A stretch of 64,000 nt of DNA from Dehalococcoidia bacterium (GCA_963667205.1 OY762959.1:1875601-1939600), one strand, 5' to 3'. Positions 28,902 to 39,487 are shown, numbered from the stretch's first letter. Numbers and translations: made by a program. Notes: generated from the letters alone by a model not told the origin.

Positions 28902-29573
28902 ATGTACGTACTACTTGTAGAAGATGAACGCCGCCTTTCGCAGCTCGTGCGGCGCGTGCTGGAGGAGGAAGGCCACACTGTGGACGCCGCCTTCGAGGGC
29001 GAGGAAGGCCTCGCGATGGGCCTCGAGGGCACTCACGATGTGATCGTGCTCGACATCATGCTCCCGCAAATGGACGGCATCGAGGTCTGCCAGTCGCTCC
29101 GCCGCAAGAAGGTCGACACGCCAGTGCTGCTCCTGACCGCGCTCGACGGCGTGGACGACCGCGTTCGCGGCCTTGACGCCGGCGCCGACGATTACCTGCC
29201 GAAGCCGTTCGCCTTCCAGGAGCTGCTGGCCCGCCTGCGCGCCCTCTCCCGGCGTCGGGTTCAGACGAGCGACCCGCTGGCGATCACCGTCAACGACCTG
29301 AGCCTGGACGTGCGACGCCGCCGCGCTGAGCGCAACGGGGCGCCGATAGACCTCAGCCCCAAGGAGTTCTCTCTGCTCGAGTTCCTGATGCGCAACGAGG
29401 GCCGCGTCGTCACCCGCACCCAGATACTGGACCACCTCTGGGGCTACGACTTCGCGACCGACTCCAATCTCGTGGATGTGTACGTGGCCTATCTTCGCCG
29501 CAAGGTCGACAAGGGCCACGACCAGAAGCTGATCCGAACGGTCCGGGGCGTCGGCTACGCTCTGGGTGATTAG
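28902..29573 (+). CDS. OmpR-family response regulator
   Basis: LLVEDE, LDIMLP, GADDYLPKPF, IRTVRGVGY. Confidence 0.95.
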   Translation: MYVLLVEDERRLSQLVRRVLEEEGHTVDAAFEGEEGLAMGLEGTHDVIVLDIMLPQMDGIEVCQSLRRKKVDTPVLLLTALDGVDDRVRGLDAGADDYLPKPFAFQELLARLRALSRRRVQTSDPLAITVNDLSLDVRRRRAERNGAPIDLSPKEFSLLEFLMRNEGRVVTRTQILDHLWGYDFATDSNLVDVYVAYLRRKVDKGHDQKLIRTVRGVGYALGD

Positions 29574-29575
29574 GC

Positions 29576-30847
29576 ATGTTTGGCGCGGCCCGTTGGCGCT
29601 TGGCGCTCTGGTTCGCAGGTGCCTTCGCAGTGCTCCTCGTGCTCATCGGCGGAGCTGTCTACTTCACCACCCGCGCCGCGCTCTATGACCAGGTCGACGA
29701 CGACCTGCGGACGCGAAACCTGGCCCTTCAAACCACGCTGATTCAGCAGTCTCGCGGACCGCTGGGTGCCAGGATTCAGCGCGAGGAGTTCCGGCTCGCG
29801 GCGCGCCTGTTGTCTGCTGGAGGCTATTCGGCTGCCATAGTCGTGGAGGGAGAGGAGACCCCGGTCGGCACGGCGAACATCGAGGAGATCATGATCCCTC
29901 CGTTCGAGGAGCTTGTGGTCGATATCGGTCAGGGTTTGGACACCATCGACACCAGCACGTCGGACGGCGAGGACATCCGCTTGCTCGTGGAGCGGCTCGG
30001 CCCGAACTCCTTCATCACGGTGGGGCGCAGCATCGAGCCAGAGCAGCAGGCGTTGAACCGCCTCGTCTTCGTCCTTGCCGCGGGCGGCCTTCTTGGCCTC
30101 GTGCTGGCCTGTGGCGGTGGCTTCATGCTCTCCGGCCGGGCGCTGCGGCCGATCCGCCGCGCCATGGACGCTCAACGCACTTTCGTCGCCGACGCCTCGC
30201 ACGAGCTGCGGACGCCGCTCTCGCTCATTCGCGCCAACGCCGAGATCATGAAGCGCGAGGCCGCCGGGGAGAAGGCCGAGTCTGTCGATGACATCATCAA
30301 GGAGGCGGACCACCTGAACTACCTCGTCGGCCAGATGCTGACACTGGCGCGGGCCGACGTCCGGGAGGCCCCCTTCGCGAGCGAGGACGTTGATCTCTCG
30401 CACCTCTCCTGAGACGTCGCTCGCGAGGCGCAGGTGCTGGCGAAAGAGCAGGCGATCACCCTCTCCTATGAGGGCGAGGACGGCGTATGGGTGAAGGGCG
30501 ACGCTCAGCGCCTGCGCGAGGTGTTGCTCATCCTGCTGGACAACGCTTTCAAATACACGGCCCGGGGCGGGAACGTCGCCGTGCGGCTGGCAGCCGGCGG
30601 CTCAACTGTCCGTCTCGCCGTCGCTGACGACGGTCGCGGCATCCCCGCCGCCGACTTGCCGCACGTATTCGACCGCTTCTACCGTGTCGACAAGGCTCGC
30701 TCTCGGGAGATGGGTGGCACGGGGCTGGGCCTGGCGATCGCGCGCTGGATCGCCGAAGAGCACGGCGGGACGGTCGGCCTCGAGAGCATGGACGGCGAAG
30801 GCACGACGGTTACCGTCGAACTGCCGTCGACGGCCCGCGATTCGTAG
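29576..30847 (+). pseudogene. Sensor histidine kinase interrupted by an in-frame TGA
   Basis: Two TM segments and H-box DASHELRTPL; TGA at 30410-30412; the same frame continues to LLDNAFKY, DDGRG, FDRFYR, GTGLGL. Confidence 0.88.
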
Positions 30848-30901
30848 GTACAGAGCTTCAGCGCTGTCCCTGCGTGTGAAGGGCCCGTGCTATGGCAGGC
30901 G

Positions 30902-31759
30902 CTAGGACGAGCCGGCGGCGCTCGCGGGCGCCAGCTCCGGGCGGCCGGACCAGCGCCATGCCACGTTCGTCGCGCTGACGCCCATCAGGATTCCGTGTAG
31001 CGCCGACGGGTGGATGTAAAGGCCGGCCGCCGCGTCGTTCGCCAGGAGCTGGTAGCGGCCGTCGCGTGCGTCCAGCCGGTCAGTGATCGCGCCGGCGTCC
31101 GGCGTCTCCGCGAAGCACATGTACACCGACTGGCCGCGGCGCTCGTAGAAGCGCCCCATGGAACGCGTCGAGTCCGTCGTCTGCGTGATCTCAACGCGGT
31201 CGAGACGCTCGGGAGGGTTGAACAACGTGAGAGTGCCGACGTAGCCCCACATATCGCTGTCGATCGGCGAGAAGCGGGAGTCGTCCAGTCCGAAGATCCG
31301 GGTGTAGAAGGCGGTGGTCGCTTTGTGATCGTCAACGACGTTCGTCACTTCGTAGAGGTAGGAGATCAGGCCGGCGGGCTCGCGAGGCTCGCTCTGGCGG
31401 ATCGCCGTGCGCATGCCGTGGGTCTGGCTTGGCTCGATGAAGAGCGCGTCGCCTTCGCGGCTAAACGCGACATCGCTGGCCTCAAGGCAGCGTGCGAGGT
31501 CATCGAGATCCGGCGTCGAGAAGCCGGCGCCGAAAATGCCTTCGCCGCGGGACTCCAGCAGCTCAGCGACGGGCCCTTCGCCCGTAGGCTCAAGCAGGTC
31601 GAATTCACTGTCGCCGGCGCGCATCGTGGTGCGGCTTGCGTTGTAGAGGGCGAGTGAGTCGTCGCCGACCTTCTCGGCGCCAAGGACGGCGCTGAAGGTA
31701 TCGGCGGCTACGGTGCGATCCTGCACCGCCACCAGCATGCGATCGAGGCGATCAAGCAT
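30902..31759 (-). CDS. Two-domain VOC-family protein (methylmalonyl-CoA epimerase-like fold)
   Basis: FDLLEPTGEGPVAELLESRGEG; repeated IEPSQTHG / IHPSALHG. Confidence 0.75.
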   Translation of the reverse strand: MLDRLDRMLVAVQDRTVAADTFSAVLGAEKVGDDSLALYNASRTTMRAGDSEFDLLEPTGEGPVAELLESRGEGIFGAGFSTPDLDDLARCLEASDVAFSREGDALFIEPSQTHGMRTAIRQSEPREPAGLISYLYEVTNVVDDHKATTAFYTRIFGLDDSRFSPIDSDMWGYVGTLTLFNPPERLDRVEITQTTDSTRSMGRFYERRGQSVYMCFAETPDAGAITDRLDARDGRYQLLANDAAAGLYIHPSALHGILMGVSATNVAWRWSGRPELAPASAAGSS

Positions 31760-31771
31760 CGGCAGAAAAGA

Positions 31772-31799
31772 GTTAGCCCCGCCGAATGGCGGGGCTAAC
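31772..31799 (-). terminator. Intrinsic terminator
   Basis: GTTAGCCCCGCC-N4-GGCGGGGCTAAC followed by TCTTTT on the minus strand. Confidence 0.8.
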
Positions 31800-31813
31800 A
31801 TTCGCTTGGTGGG

Positions 31814-31957
31814 TTAGGAAGACTTGCCGATGCGTGTGATCTTGGTACTGCAGACGGGGCAGGTGCCCTGTGTCGCGGGGCGGCCGTTCTTGAGTGTGAC
31901 TGAAACTGAGTTCTGGATTTCGCGCTTGGTTCGGCACTTGAGACAATAACCTTCCAT
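31814..31957 (-). CDS. 47-aa basic Zn-ribbon protein (DUF5679-like), below the ORF-track cut-off
   Basis: MEGYCLKCRTKREIQNSVSVTLKNGRPATQGTCPVCSTKITRIGKSS; RBS AAGGAG, own promoter and terminator. Confidence 0.85.
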   Translation of the reverse strand: MEGYCLKCRTKREIQNSVSVTLKNGRPATQGTCPVCSTKITRIGKSS

Positions 31958-32008
31958 TGGTTCTCCTTACCCCTGGCGGGGTGCGTATGGGCGTGTCCGA
32001 TGCGCACA

Positions 32009-32036
32009 ACTATAGCGCTCCCATAACGTAAGTCAA
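32009..32036 (-). promoter_or_regulatory. Sigma70-type promoter for the DUF5679-like gene
   Basis: TTGACT-N16-TATAGT. Confidence 0.6.
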
Positions 32037-32149
32037 CATGTGCCGAGTGGCCTTTTCGCGTAGAAGACGTAGCTTTGCACAAGTGTTTGGGCGCCTTTCG
32101 TCCGAAAGAGCGCGTATCTAAGAGCCTCCCAACGGGGAACGGCGCCTGC

Positions 32150-33199
32150 TCAGTAACGGTTCAGCTCGTCGATCAACCTGCGCAATCGCCCGAAGCTCGA
32201 CTGGTTGAAGTGGACTGCAAGGCGCTCGCAGTCCAGCTCATCCTCATCGTCTATCTCCACCTTCGACGGCTCCGACGCACGGATGCCGCGACGCCCGAGG
32301 ATGTCCTTGAAGCTGTGTCGCAGCTCGGCGATCTTGTCCTCCGGGGGCAGGCGCTTGATGCGCAGCATGAGCACGCCGTCAACGTAACGCTGCGACCGGT
32401 AGTTGGCGTAGAAGTGGGTGATCTCCCCGACGGCCGACTCGATGCTTGTCGCGTGATAGAGCAGGTGCAGGTCGTCCGCTGAGATGAGGCCGCGGCCAAG
32501 GAGCTGCTCTTCCGTAAAGCGAAGCCAGTCGGTCCAGAAGGTGCTGCCCTCTTCCTCTAGCAGGACGATCGGGTGCAGGTCACTCTTGCCGGTCTGCATC
32601 AGCGTCAGCAGCTCGTAGGTCTCGTCCATCGTCCCGAAGCCGCCGGGCAGAAGGGCGAAGGCGTCCGACTCCTTGATGAACGTGACCTTGCGAGTGAAGA
32701 AGTACTTGTAGTTGATGAGCTTGGTGTTGCCCTGGATGAAGATGTTCGGCTCAGACTCCAGCGGCAGGCGAATCGAGGCACCGAAGCTCTTCTCCGCGCC
32801 CGCGCCCTCGTGGCCTGCGGCCATGATGCCAGGCCCGGCGCCGGTGATAACCATCCAGTTCTCGTGAGCCATCGCCTCCGCGAAGCGGCGCGTGTACTCG
32901 TACACCGGCTCCCCCGCTGTCGTTCGCGCAGAGCCGAAGATTGAGACCTTAAGGTGGCCCTGCCACTTCTTGAACACGCGGAACGAGTAGGCGAACTCCT
33001 TGAGCGCCGCGTTCACGAGCTTCTGCTCGCCGCGCTCGGCCTCATCGCGTACCAGTCGCAACGCCGTCATCATCATCTCCTGGATGAGGTCGGCGTTGGA
33101 GTTGGCGCCGGACTCGGCGACGAGCTGCGCGATCTTCTCGTCGAGCGCCTGGTCGCCGGTGGTGTAGGGCCGGCGGCGGCGCTTCGTCGCTTGAACCAT
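32150..33199 (-). CDS. LOG-family nucleotide phosphoribohydrolase
   Basis: IFGSART, ITGAGPGIM, YFFTRK, PGGFGTMDE. Confidence 0.9.
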   Translation of the reverse strand: MVQATKRRRRPYTTGDQALDEKIAQLVAESGANSNADLIQEMMMTALRLVRDEAERGEQKLVNAALKEFAYSFRVFKKWQGHLKVSIFGSARTTAGEPVYEYTRRFAEAMAHENWMVITGAGPGIMAAGHEGAGAEKSFGASIRLPLESEPNIFIQGNTKLINYKYFFTRKVTFIKESDAFALLPGGFGTMDETYELLTLMQTGKSDLHPIVLLEEEGSTFWTDWLRFTEEQLLGRGLISADDLHLLYHATSIESAVGEITHFYANYRSQRYVDGVLMLRIKRLPPEDKIAELRHSFKDILGRRGIRASEPSKVEIDDEDELDCERLAVHFNQSSFGRLRRLIDELNRY

Positions 33200-33273
33200 C
33201 TGATTCGATCTTAGCACTCGGGTGTGACGGGACCTCTGTAAGCCAGGACGCCGAACGCCATATCATAGCGGCG

Positions 33274-34335
33274 ATGGCGCGCACGATCATTCACGCGGAC
33301 CTCGACGCCTTCTACGCCTCCGTAGAGCAGCTGGACGATCCAGCGCTGCGCGGCAAGCCCGTTGTAGTCGGCGGTCCGGCCGAGAGCCGCGGCGTAGTGG
33401 CGGCGGCTTCGTACGAGTCTCGCGCCTTCGGCGTGCGCTCAGCGATGCCGATGAGCCGTGCTTTGCGCCTTTGCCCGCACGCCGTCCGCGTCTCGCCCCG
33501 CTTCGAACGCTACGCCGACCTGTCGAGAGAGGTGATGGCGATCTTTCGCTCGCTGACGCCGCTCGTTGAGCCGCTTTCGCTGGACGAGGCGTTCCTGGAT
33601 GTGACCGGCCGCGAGAAGTTCCACGGCGGCAAACGGCCGATCGCCAGCTTCCTCAGGGCCGAAGTCAAGAAGCGCACCGGTCTCACGCTCTCGATCGGGC
33701 TGGGCACGAACAAGACGGTTGCCAAGATCGCCTCGGAGAGCGGCAAGCCGGACGGGCTCGTCCTCGTTCCGGACGGGCGCGAGGCGGAGTTTCTCGCGGC
33801 GCTGCCGGTGCGCGCTCTTTGGGGAATCGGCCCGAAATCCGGTGCGGCGTTGGAGGACGCCGGCTTCGCCACCATTGGCGACCTCGCGGCGGCTAATGCC
33901 GGGCGACTGGAAGCGATTCTGGGGTCGCGGGGCCGTGAGGTGCATGAGATGGCCTGTGGACGCGACGAGCGGCCCGTCGTCACCAGCTCGGAACGAAAGT
34001 CGGTCGGCGCGGAGAGGACGTTCCCGCGCGACCTGCCGGACGGAGACGAGCTGCGGCATCAGCTGCGCCGGATCGCCGAAGAGGTCGGCGAGCGGCTGCG
34101 CCGGCATGGCTCACGCGCGAAGACGATCGCGATCAAGCTGCGGTACTCAAACTTCCACACGGTCACACGGCAAGCGACGCGCGAGGAGCCGACAGACGAG
34201 GCGGATGCCCTCTACGGAGAAGCCGCGGTGTTGCTGGAGAAAGTGGTGCGTAGCGGCGACAAGTTCCGGCTGATCGGGATTTCGTGTAGCAAACTGGAGG
34301 AAGAGCGCAAGGAGCAGCTAAAGCTCTTCGGCTGA
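33274..34335 (+). CDS. dinB: DNA polymerase IV
   Basis: HADLDAFYASVE, AASYESR, SLDEAFLD. Confidence 0.95.
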   Translation: MARTIIHADLDAFYASVEQLDDPALRGKPVVVGGPAESRGVVAAASYESRAFGVRSAMPMSRALRLCPHAVRVSPRFERYADLSREVMAIFRSLTPLVEPLSLDEAFLDVTGREKFHGGKRPIASFLRAEVKKRTGLTLSIGLGTNKTVAKIASESGKPDGLVLVPDGREAEFLAALPVRALWGIGPKSGAALEDAGFATIGDLAAANAGRLEAILGSRGREVHEMACGRDERPVVTSSERKSVGAERTFPRDLPDGDELRHQLRRIAEEVGERLRRHGSRAKTIAIKLRYSNFHTVTRQATREEPTDEADALYGEAAVLLEKVVRSGDKFRLIGISCSKLEEERKEQLKLFG

Positions 34336-34339
34336 GCCG

Positions 34340-35890
34340 CTAGCTGACGGCCTCGGGCGAAGCGTGATGCGTGTGGTCCGGGAGGATGAGGCCGTCCCGA
34401 ACGACCGACGGGCCAACCAGATCGGGGCGTGCGGTCAGCATCTCGAGGAAGCGGTCGACGATCGTCGGGTCCCACTGGCTGCCGCCGCCGTCGCGCAGGA
34501 TCGACTGGGCCTCTTCGTGGCTCATCGCTCCGCGGTACGGGCGGTCCGTCCTCATCGCGTCGTAGGCGTCCATCACGGACACGATGCGGGCGCCCAGCGG
34601 CACCCGTTCGCCGGCGATACCGTCCGGGTAGCCGCGGCCGTCCCAGCGCTCGTGGTGGTGGTAGACGATCGGGTAGGCGTTTGCGAGGAATCCGACCCGC
34701 TTGCAGATCTGGCCGCCGGAGTAGCAGTGCTGCTTGACGATCGCGTACTCCTCGGGTGTCAGGGCGGCGGGCTTCTTGAGAATGGAGTCAGGCACGACGA
34801 TCTTGCCCATGTCGTGCAGGGCAGCTCCCAGGCGCGCGACTTCGATCTCGTGGCCGGGCATCCCCAGCTCCCTCGCCATCATCGCCGAATAGTCTGCGAG
34901 GCGCCGGCAATGGCCCCCGGTGTACGGATCGCGGCTCTCAATCGCCTCCGTCAGCCCCATTGCAGTTTCAAGGGCGAACCGGGAGAGCGATTCGCGCTGG
35001 CGCACGCTGCGGATCGCGATCTCCGCCTGGTGGGCCAGCCGTTCGAGGCTGGCGATGTCCTCCGCCGACAGCTCACGCTCCTCCGGGAAGCCGACGAGGA
35101 GCGCGCCGTAGACGTCGTCCTCCAGCTCCACCGGCGCGGCCGCCGCGGAGACGAAGCCGACGTGCGCGGCGAAATCGCGCAGCCGGTCGTAGCGCGGATC
35201 CTGAAATACGTTCCTCGCCCGCGCCGGCTTCCGGTGGAGGATCGCCCAACCTTCGACGCCTTCGCCGTACGGTGCGCCGTCGGGAAAGACCTCGCGGAAG
35301 GCGTCCTCGCTGAAGCCAACCGGCAGGAGAGGGCGCTGCTTGTCGGTGCCATCAGGCACGATGATCGTGGAGATCCGCGCGTCGCAGGTCTCGGCCACTC
35401 GGCGGGTCACCTCTTCGACGATCGTCTGCTCGTCGCCACCGGAAAGGATCGCTGTGTGGATGCCGGACAGCGCCCTCAGTTCGCGCTCGCGGCGCTGGTT
35501 GTGCTGGCTGATCACGTTGAGCTCGCGCTCGCTGTCGGCCAGGTCTGATCGCTGCTCCTGCAGACTTGCCCACTGGTTGAGGCTAACCGCCAGGAACAGG
35601 TATACGGCCGGCCAGCCCAGCCAGAGCAGGGGCATGACGGATTCGTTTATCTCGACGCCGGCTGCGCCGATCGCCGGGCTGCTGAAGACCGAAGCGATCG
35701 CCGCCAGGAGGACGCTAAAGGCGAGCGGATAGCGATAGGCTGCGAGGCAGATCGGCAGGAAGAACGCGGTCGTGAACGCGCTCGGCATCTGGCCGTCGAT
35801 GACGACGAGGGCGCCGATGCCGGCCACGGATGCGAGCCAGAGTGCCGTCTCGGCTGTCCGCTTGGGCGTTGCTGTGCGCTTGATACTCAT
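34340..35890 (-). CDS. Membrane-anchored GAF plus HD-GYP phosphodiesterase
   Basis: N-terminal TM segments, GAF-like region, LHDMGK, HHERWDGRGYPDG, DRPYR. Confidence 0.9.
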   Translation of the reverse strand: MSIKRTATPKRTAETALWLASVAGIGALVVIDGQMPSAFTTAFFLPICLAAYRYPLAFSVLLAAIASVFSSPAIGAAGVEINESVMPLLWLGWPAVYLFLAVSLNQWASLQEQRSDLADSERELNVISQHNQRRERELRALSGIHTAILSGGDEQTIVEEVTRRVAETCDARISTIIVPDGTDKQRPLLPVGFSEDAFREVFPDGAPYGEGVEGWAILHRKPARARNVFQDPRYDRLRDFAAHVGFVSAAAAPVELEDDVYGALLVGFPEERELSAEDIASLERLAHQAEIAIRSVRQRESLSRFALETAMGLTEAIESRDPYTGGHCRRLADYSAMMARELGMPGHEIEVARLGAALHDMGKIVVPDSILKKPAALTPEEYAIVKQHCYSGGQICKRVGFLANAYPIVYHHHERWDGRGYPDGIAGERVPLGARIVSVMDAYDAMRTDRPYRGAMSHEEAQSILRDGGGSQWDPTIVDRFLEMLTARPDLVGPSVVRDGLILPDHTHHASPEAVS

Positions 35891-36026
35891 AGCGACTAAC
35901 AAGGCGCCCCAGGTGCAGGCGGAGTTAAGGCGTCTGTACATAACTTCAGACGCCCTCTCGGCAGGCGTGTTACAGGTAGGTCGGGGAAACGCGAGTAAAA
36001 CTGGAGGATTAGTGCAGCGATAGCCG

Positions 36027-36821
36027 CTAACTGGCCATCGAATAGCCGCCGTTGACGCTCAGCACCTGCCCCGTTACCCATTCGGCGCGGGCGGAGCTCA
36101 GAAAGGCCGCCGCGGAGGCGATGTCCGACGGCTGTCCCAGGCGTCCGAGGCCTTTCGCCAGCGGATAGCCACGCATGATCGCGCCGCCCTGTGCTTCGAT
36201 CCACTCGCGCGTGGCGTCGGTCATGGTCGTCGCCGGTGAGACGCAGTTGACGGTTACGGCGAAACGGCCCGACTCCTTCGCCAGAGCCTTTGTGAATCCG
36301 ATGAGGCCGGCTTTCGCCATCGAGTACGCGACCAACCTGGGCTCGCCGACGCGGCCGGCGTCAGAGACGATGTTGACGATGCGACCCCAGCGTCGCTCCT
36401 GCATGCCGCCGATCACGGCCCGGCTGCAGTTGAGGACACCGTAGGTGATCAGTCCCATCGTGCGGACCCAGTCCTCGCGGCTGCTCTCCGGGAAGAAGCC
36501 GCCGGTCGCCGGCACGGCGTCCTGCGTCGTCGCCGCCGGGATGCCGGCGTTGTTCACGAGGATGTCTACTGGCCCCAACTCCGACTCGTCCCGGCGCACA
36601 GCCGATTCGATCGATGCCAGGTCGGTCACGTCGGCGGTGACGCCGATCGCCTCGCCGCCGGCGGAGAGGATTTCGTTCGCGGCCTCATCGGCGCGCTCCT
36701 GAAAGAGGTCGTTGACCGCGATTCGTGCGCCGTCGGCCGCCAGCGTCCGACAGATCTCGGCGCCGATGCCGCGCCCGGCGCCCGTCACGAGCGCCACCTT
36801 ACCGCTGATACCAAGGTCCAT
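36027..36821 (-). CDS. Short-chain dehydrogenase/reductase
   Basis: TGAGRGIG, NNAG, YSMAK. Confidence 0.9.
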   Translation of the reverse strand: MDLGISGKVALVTGAGRGIGAEICRTLAADGARIAVNDLFQERADEAANEILSAGGEAIGVTADVTDLASIESAVRRDESELGPVDILVNNAGIPAATTQDAVPATGGFFPESSREDWVRTMGLITYGVLNCSRAVIGGMQERRWGRIVNIVSDAGRVGEPRLVAYSMAKAGLIGFTKALAKESGRFAVTVNCVSPATTMTDATREWIEAQGGAIMRGYPLAKGLGRLGQPSDIASAAAFLSSARAEWVTGQVLSVNGGYSMAS

Positions 36822-36902
36822 CGCACCCTCCTTCGCCCGGATTATCGCTTTTGCTCCCGCTCTCGTCTCCTGGCGCCCGCCGGTTCCTCTATACTCTTCG
36901 CC

Positions 36903-38087
36903 GTGAGCGCATCCGATCTCGCCATCGATGGCGGGCCGAAAACCCGCGGCGAACCTTTCCCGCCCTGGCCGGTTCTTGGTCCGGATGACGCCATGGCGGC
37001 TTCGGAGGCGCTCCGCTCCGGCCAGCTGACACAGCTCACCGGCGGCTTCGTCCGCGACTTTGAGGTCGAGTTCGGATCGTGGCACGGCGCTGCCGACTGC
37101 GTCGCGACGAGCTCCGGCACGACTGCGATCCACGTCGCGTTGGGGGCTCTCGGTGTTGGGCCCGGCGACGAAGTGATCGTGCCGGCGCACACTTTCATCG
37201 CTTCGGCGACGCCGGTCCTCCATCAGCGGGCGACGCCGGTGTTCGCCGACATCGACGACAAGACGTTCTGCCTTTCCCCGGAGAGCGTTGCCGAACGCCT
37301 GACCGAGCGCACGAAGGCGATCATCGCCGTGCACCTCAACGGTCACCCGGCCGATATGGACGCGCTCCTCGAGATCGCTCGAGAGCGCGGTGTCGCCGTC
37401 GTCGAAGACGCCGCGCAGGCGCTCGGCGCGCTCTACAAGGGTCGCAACCTAGGGACGATCGGCGTTGCCGGGTGCTACAGCTTCTGGGAGGACAAGATCA
37501 TCACGACGGGCGGTGAGGGCGGCGCCGTCATTAGCGACGACGAGGGGCTGGTGGAGCGCATGCGCCGCCTGCGCCACCACGGGGAGGGCGCCGTTGACGA
37601 CGCGGGTCAGCGCGCCTACTTCCACCTCGAGCTTGGCTACAACTTCCGGATGACGTCGATGCAGGCGGCGACGGGGCTCGTCCAGTTCCGTCTGCTGAAG
37701 GAGTACGTGGAGGCGCGGCGCCGGAACGCCTCCTATCTCTCGGAGCGGCTGGGCGAACTCGGGCCCATCGACCCGCCGTTCGTCGCCGACTACGCCGCCC
37801 CCAGCGCGTACAAGTACATCTGCCGGCTGCGGCCCGAAGCTGGCATCGACATCGCGCGCTTCGTTGCCGCCGTCGCCGCCGAGGGCTTGCCGATCTCGCG
37901 TCGTTATCCGACGCCGCTGCCGCGGCAACCCGTCTTCCGCGACTCCGGTCACGAAGGCGCCCCCTGCCCGGTCGCCGAGCGCCTCGCCGGCGAGCTCTTC
38001 GCACTGCTCGTCCACCCGACCGTCCAACCGGCCGACCTGGACGACTACGTGGCGGCGATCGGCAAGGTGCTGAAAGCGCTGACTTAG
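36903..38087 (+). CDS. DegT/DnrJ/EryC1/StrS aminotransferase
   Basis: SSGTTA, EDAAQA, SFWEDKIITTGGEGG, GYNFR. Confidence 0.92.
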   Translation: MSASDLAIDGGPKTRGEPFPPWPVLGPDDAMAASEALRSGQLTQLTGGFVRDFEVEFGSWHGAADCVATSSGTTAIHVALGALGVGPGDEVIVPAHTFIASATPVLHQRATPVFADIDDKTFCLSPESVAERLTERTKAIIAVHLNGHPADMDALLEIARERGVAVVEDAAQALGALYKGRNLGTIGVAGCYSFWEDKIITTGGEGGAVISDDEGLVERMRRLRHHGEGAVDDAGQRAYFHLELGYNFRMTSMQAATGLVQFRLLKEYVEARRRNASYLSERLGELGPIDPPFVADYAAPSAYKYICRLRPEAGIDIARFVAAVAAEGLPISRRYPTPLPRQPVFRDSGHEGAPCPVAERLAGELFALLVHPTVQPADLDDYVAAIGKVLKALT

Positions 38088-38130
38088 GGCTCGCCCGGCG
38101 TTCAGACGATACAATACCTTGGCAACCGCT

Positions 38131-39111
38131 ATGTCTCCCCGCACGCTGATCATCGAGGCGGCGCTGCTGATCGCTGCCGCCGCTCTCGTCTGGATGCTCG
38201 TCGCGCCGCCGTTCGGTGGCTCTGACGACCCCGGCGGGGCGGATTCCGTCGACGCCGGCAACGGCTCTAGCACCGGCGATAGTAACGGCGGCGGCGAGAC
38301 AGGCGGCGGCGACACAGGCCCGGTGGGCGACGGCTGTGCCCCGCTCGTGAGCGGGGACTTCATGCGCGCCAACCAGGTGCTGACCTACTACGGCAGCCCT
38401 GATGCCGCCAGCCTGGGGATCCTCGGGCAGCTTGAGCCGGACGCGCTCATGACGCGGCTGACTGAGCACGCCCTCACTTACGATGGGCTGAACGGCTTTC
38501 GCGGCATCCAGGCCGGCCTGCACTTCATCTATGCCACGGCGCAGGCCTTCGAGGGCGAGGACGGCCTTTACATCCGCCGCGTCGACAACGAGACGTTAGA
38601 TGAGTACATCCGCCTCGCCTGCGACAACGGCCTCTTCATCTTCCTCGACCTTCAGCTGGGCCGCGCGGACATGGAGACGGAGATCCAGAGGCTCCTGCCA
38701 TACCTCCGTCAGACGCATGTCCATCTCTCGCTAGACCCAGAGTTCGCGATGGCTGCAGACCAGGTGCCTGGGCAGGAAATCGGCCACCTCGATGCGGTTC
38801 AGATCAACCGCGCGCAGCAGATCCTGGACGACCTGATCGAGGAGCACAACCTGGGCGACAAGATACTCGTCGTGCACCAGTTCCAGGAGAGCATGATCAC
38901 GAACGTCGGCGAGATCGAGAACTACCGCAGCGTCCGGCTGGTGATCGATATGGATGGCTTCGGCCCCGGCGCGGCCAAGCTGGCGAAGTTCGATCTCTTC
39001 GCAGCGCCGGCCGAGTATGGCGGGATCAAGCTCTTCTTCCAGCAGGACGATCCGCTCTTGAGCGAAGAAGAGGTGCTGAAGGCGCGCCCGGACCTCATCA
39101 TCTACCAGTAG
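38131..39111 (+). CDS. Membrane-anchored conserved protein, possibly a glycoside-hydrolase-like barrel
   Basis: N-terminal TM segment, Gly/Asp linker, LDLQLG, HLSLDPEF, VHQF, DGFG. Confidence 0.65.
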   Translation: MSPRTLIIEAALLIAAAALVWMLVAPPFGGSDDPGGADSVDAGNGSSTGDSNGGGETGGGDTGPVGDGCAPLVSGDFMRANQVLTYYGSPDAASLGILGQLEPDALMTRLTEHALTYDGLNGFRGIQAGLHFIYATAQAFEGEDGLYIRRVDNETLDEYIRLACDNGLFIFLDLQLGRADMETEIQRLLPYLRQTHVHLSLDPEFAMAADQVPGQEIGHLDAVQINRAQQILDDLIEEHNLGDKILVVHQFQESMITNVGEIENYRSVRLVIDMDGFGPGAAKLAKFDLFAAPAEYGGIKLFFQQDDPLLSEEEVLKARPDLIIYQ

Positions 39112-39481
39112 CAGTCTCGTCCGCAGAGGCTTCGTCGGGCGAGGGCCGGCCGCGGCTCGCCGGCCCCAGTCGCAGGTCTTTGCCGCGGGTCACGGCGAAG
39201 ATGTGCACCGTCGACTCCAGCGTCTCTTCGCCGCCGATCGCCAGCGACAGGACGAGCAGCCAGGTGATGTCCCACATCCAGGCGGCGCCGATGCCGACGA
39301 GAGCCAGGCCGATCACCGACTGCCGGAAGCCCATGAGGAACGTCAAAACCTTCGCCGGGTCGCGTACCGGCCGCCGGAGACCGCTCCACCCCTGAGCCAG
39401 GCCTCGCAATGCCAACGGCGGGCCGGCCACCATTAGCGCTACCTGGAGATCACGGTTGCCATTCGTCCATCGCCTGCCCAT
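39098..39481 (-). CDS. Small membrane protein (start uncertain)
   Basis: Hydrophobic segments GFRQSVIGLALVGIGAAW and LSLAIGGEETLES. Confidence 0.55.
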   Translation of the reverse strand: MGRRWTNGNRDLQVALMVAGPPLALRGLAQGWSGLRRPVRDPAKVLTFLMGFRQSVIGLALVGIGAAWMWDITWLLVLSLAIGGEETLESTVHIFAVTRGKDLRLGPASRGRPSPDEASADETATGR

Positions 39482-39487
39482 TGTACG

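Noticed and set aside
33200-33274. LexA box upstream of dinB
   Set aside because: No GAAC-N4-GTTC or other convincing palindrome is visible.
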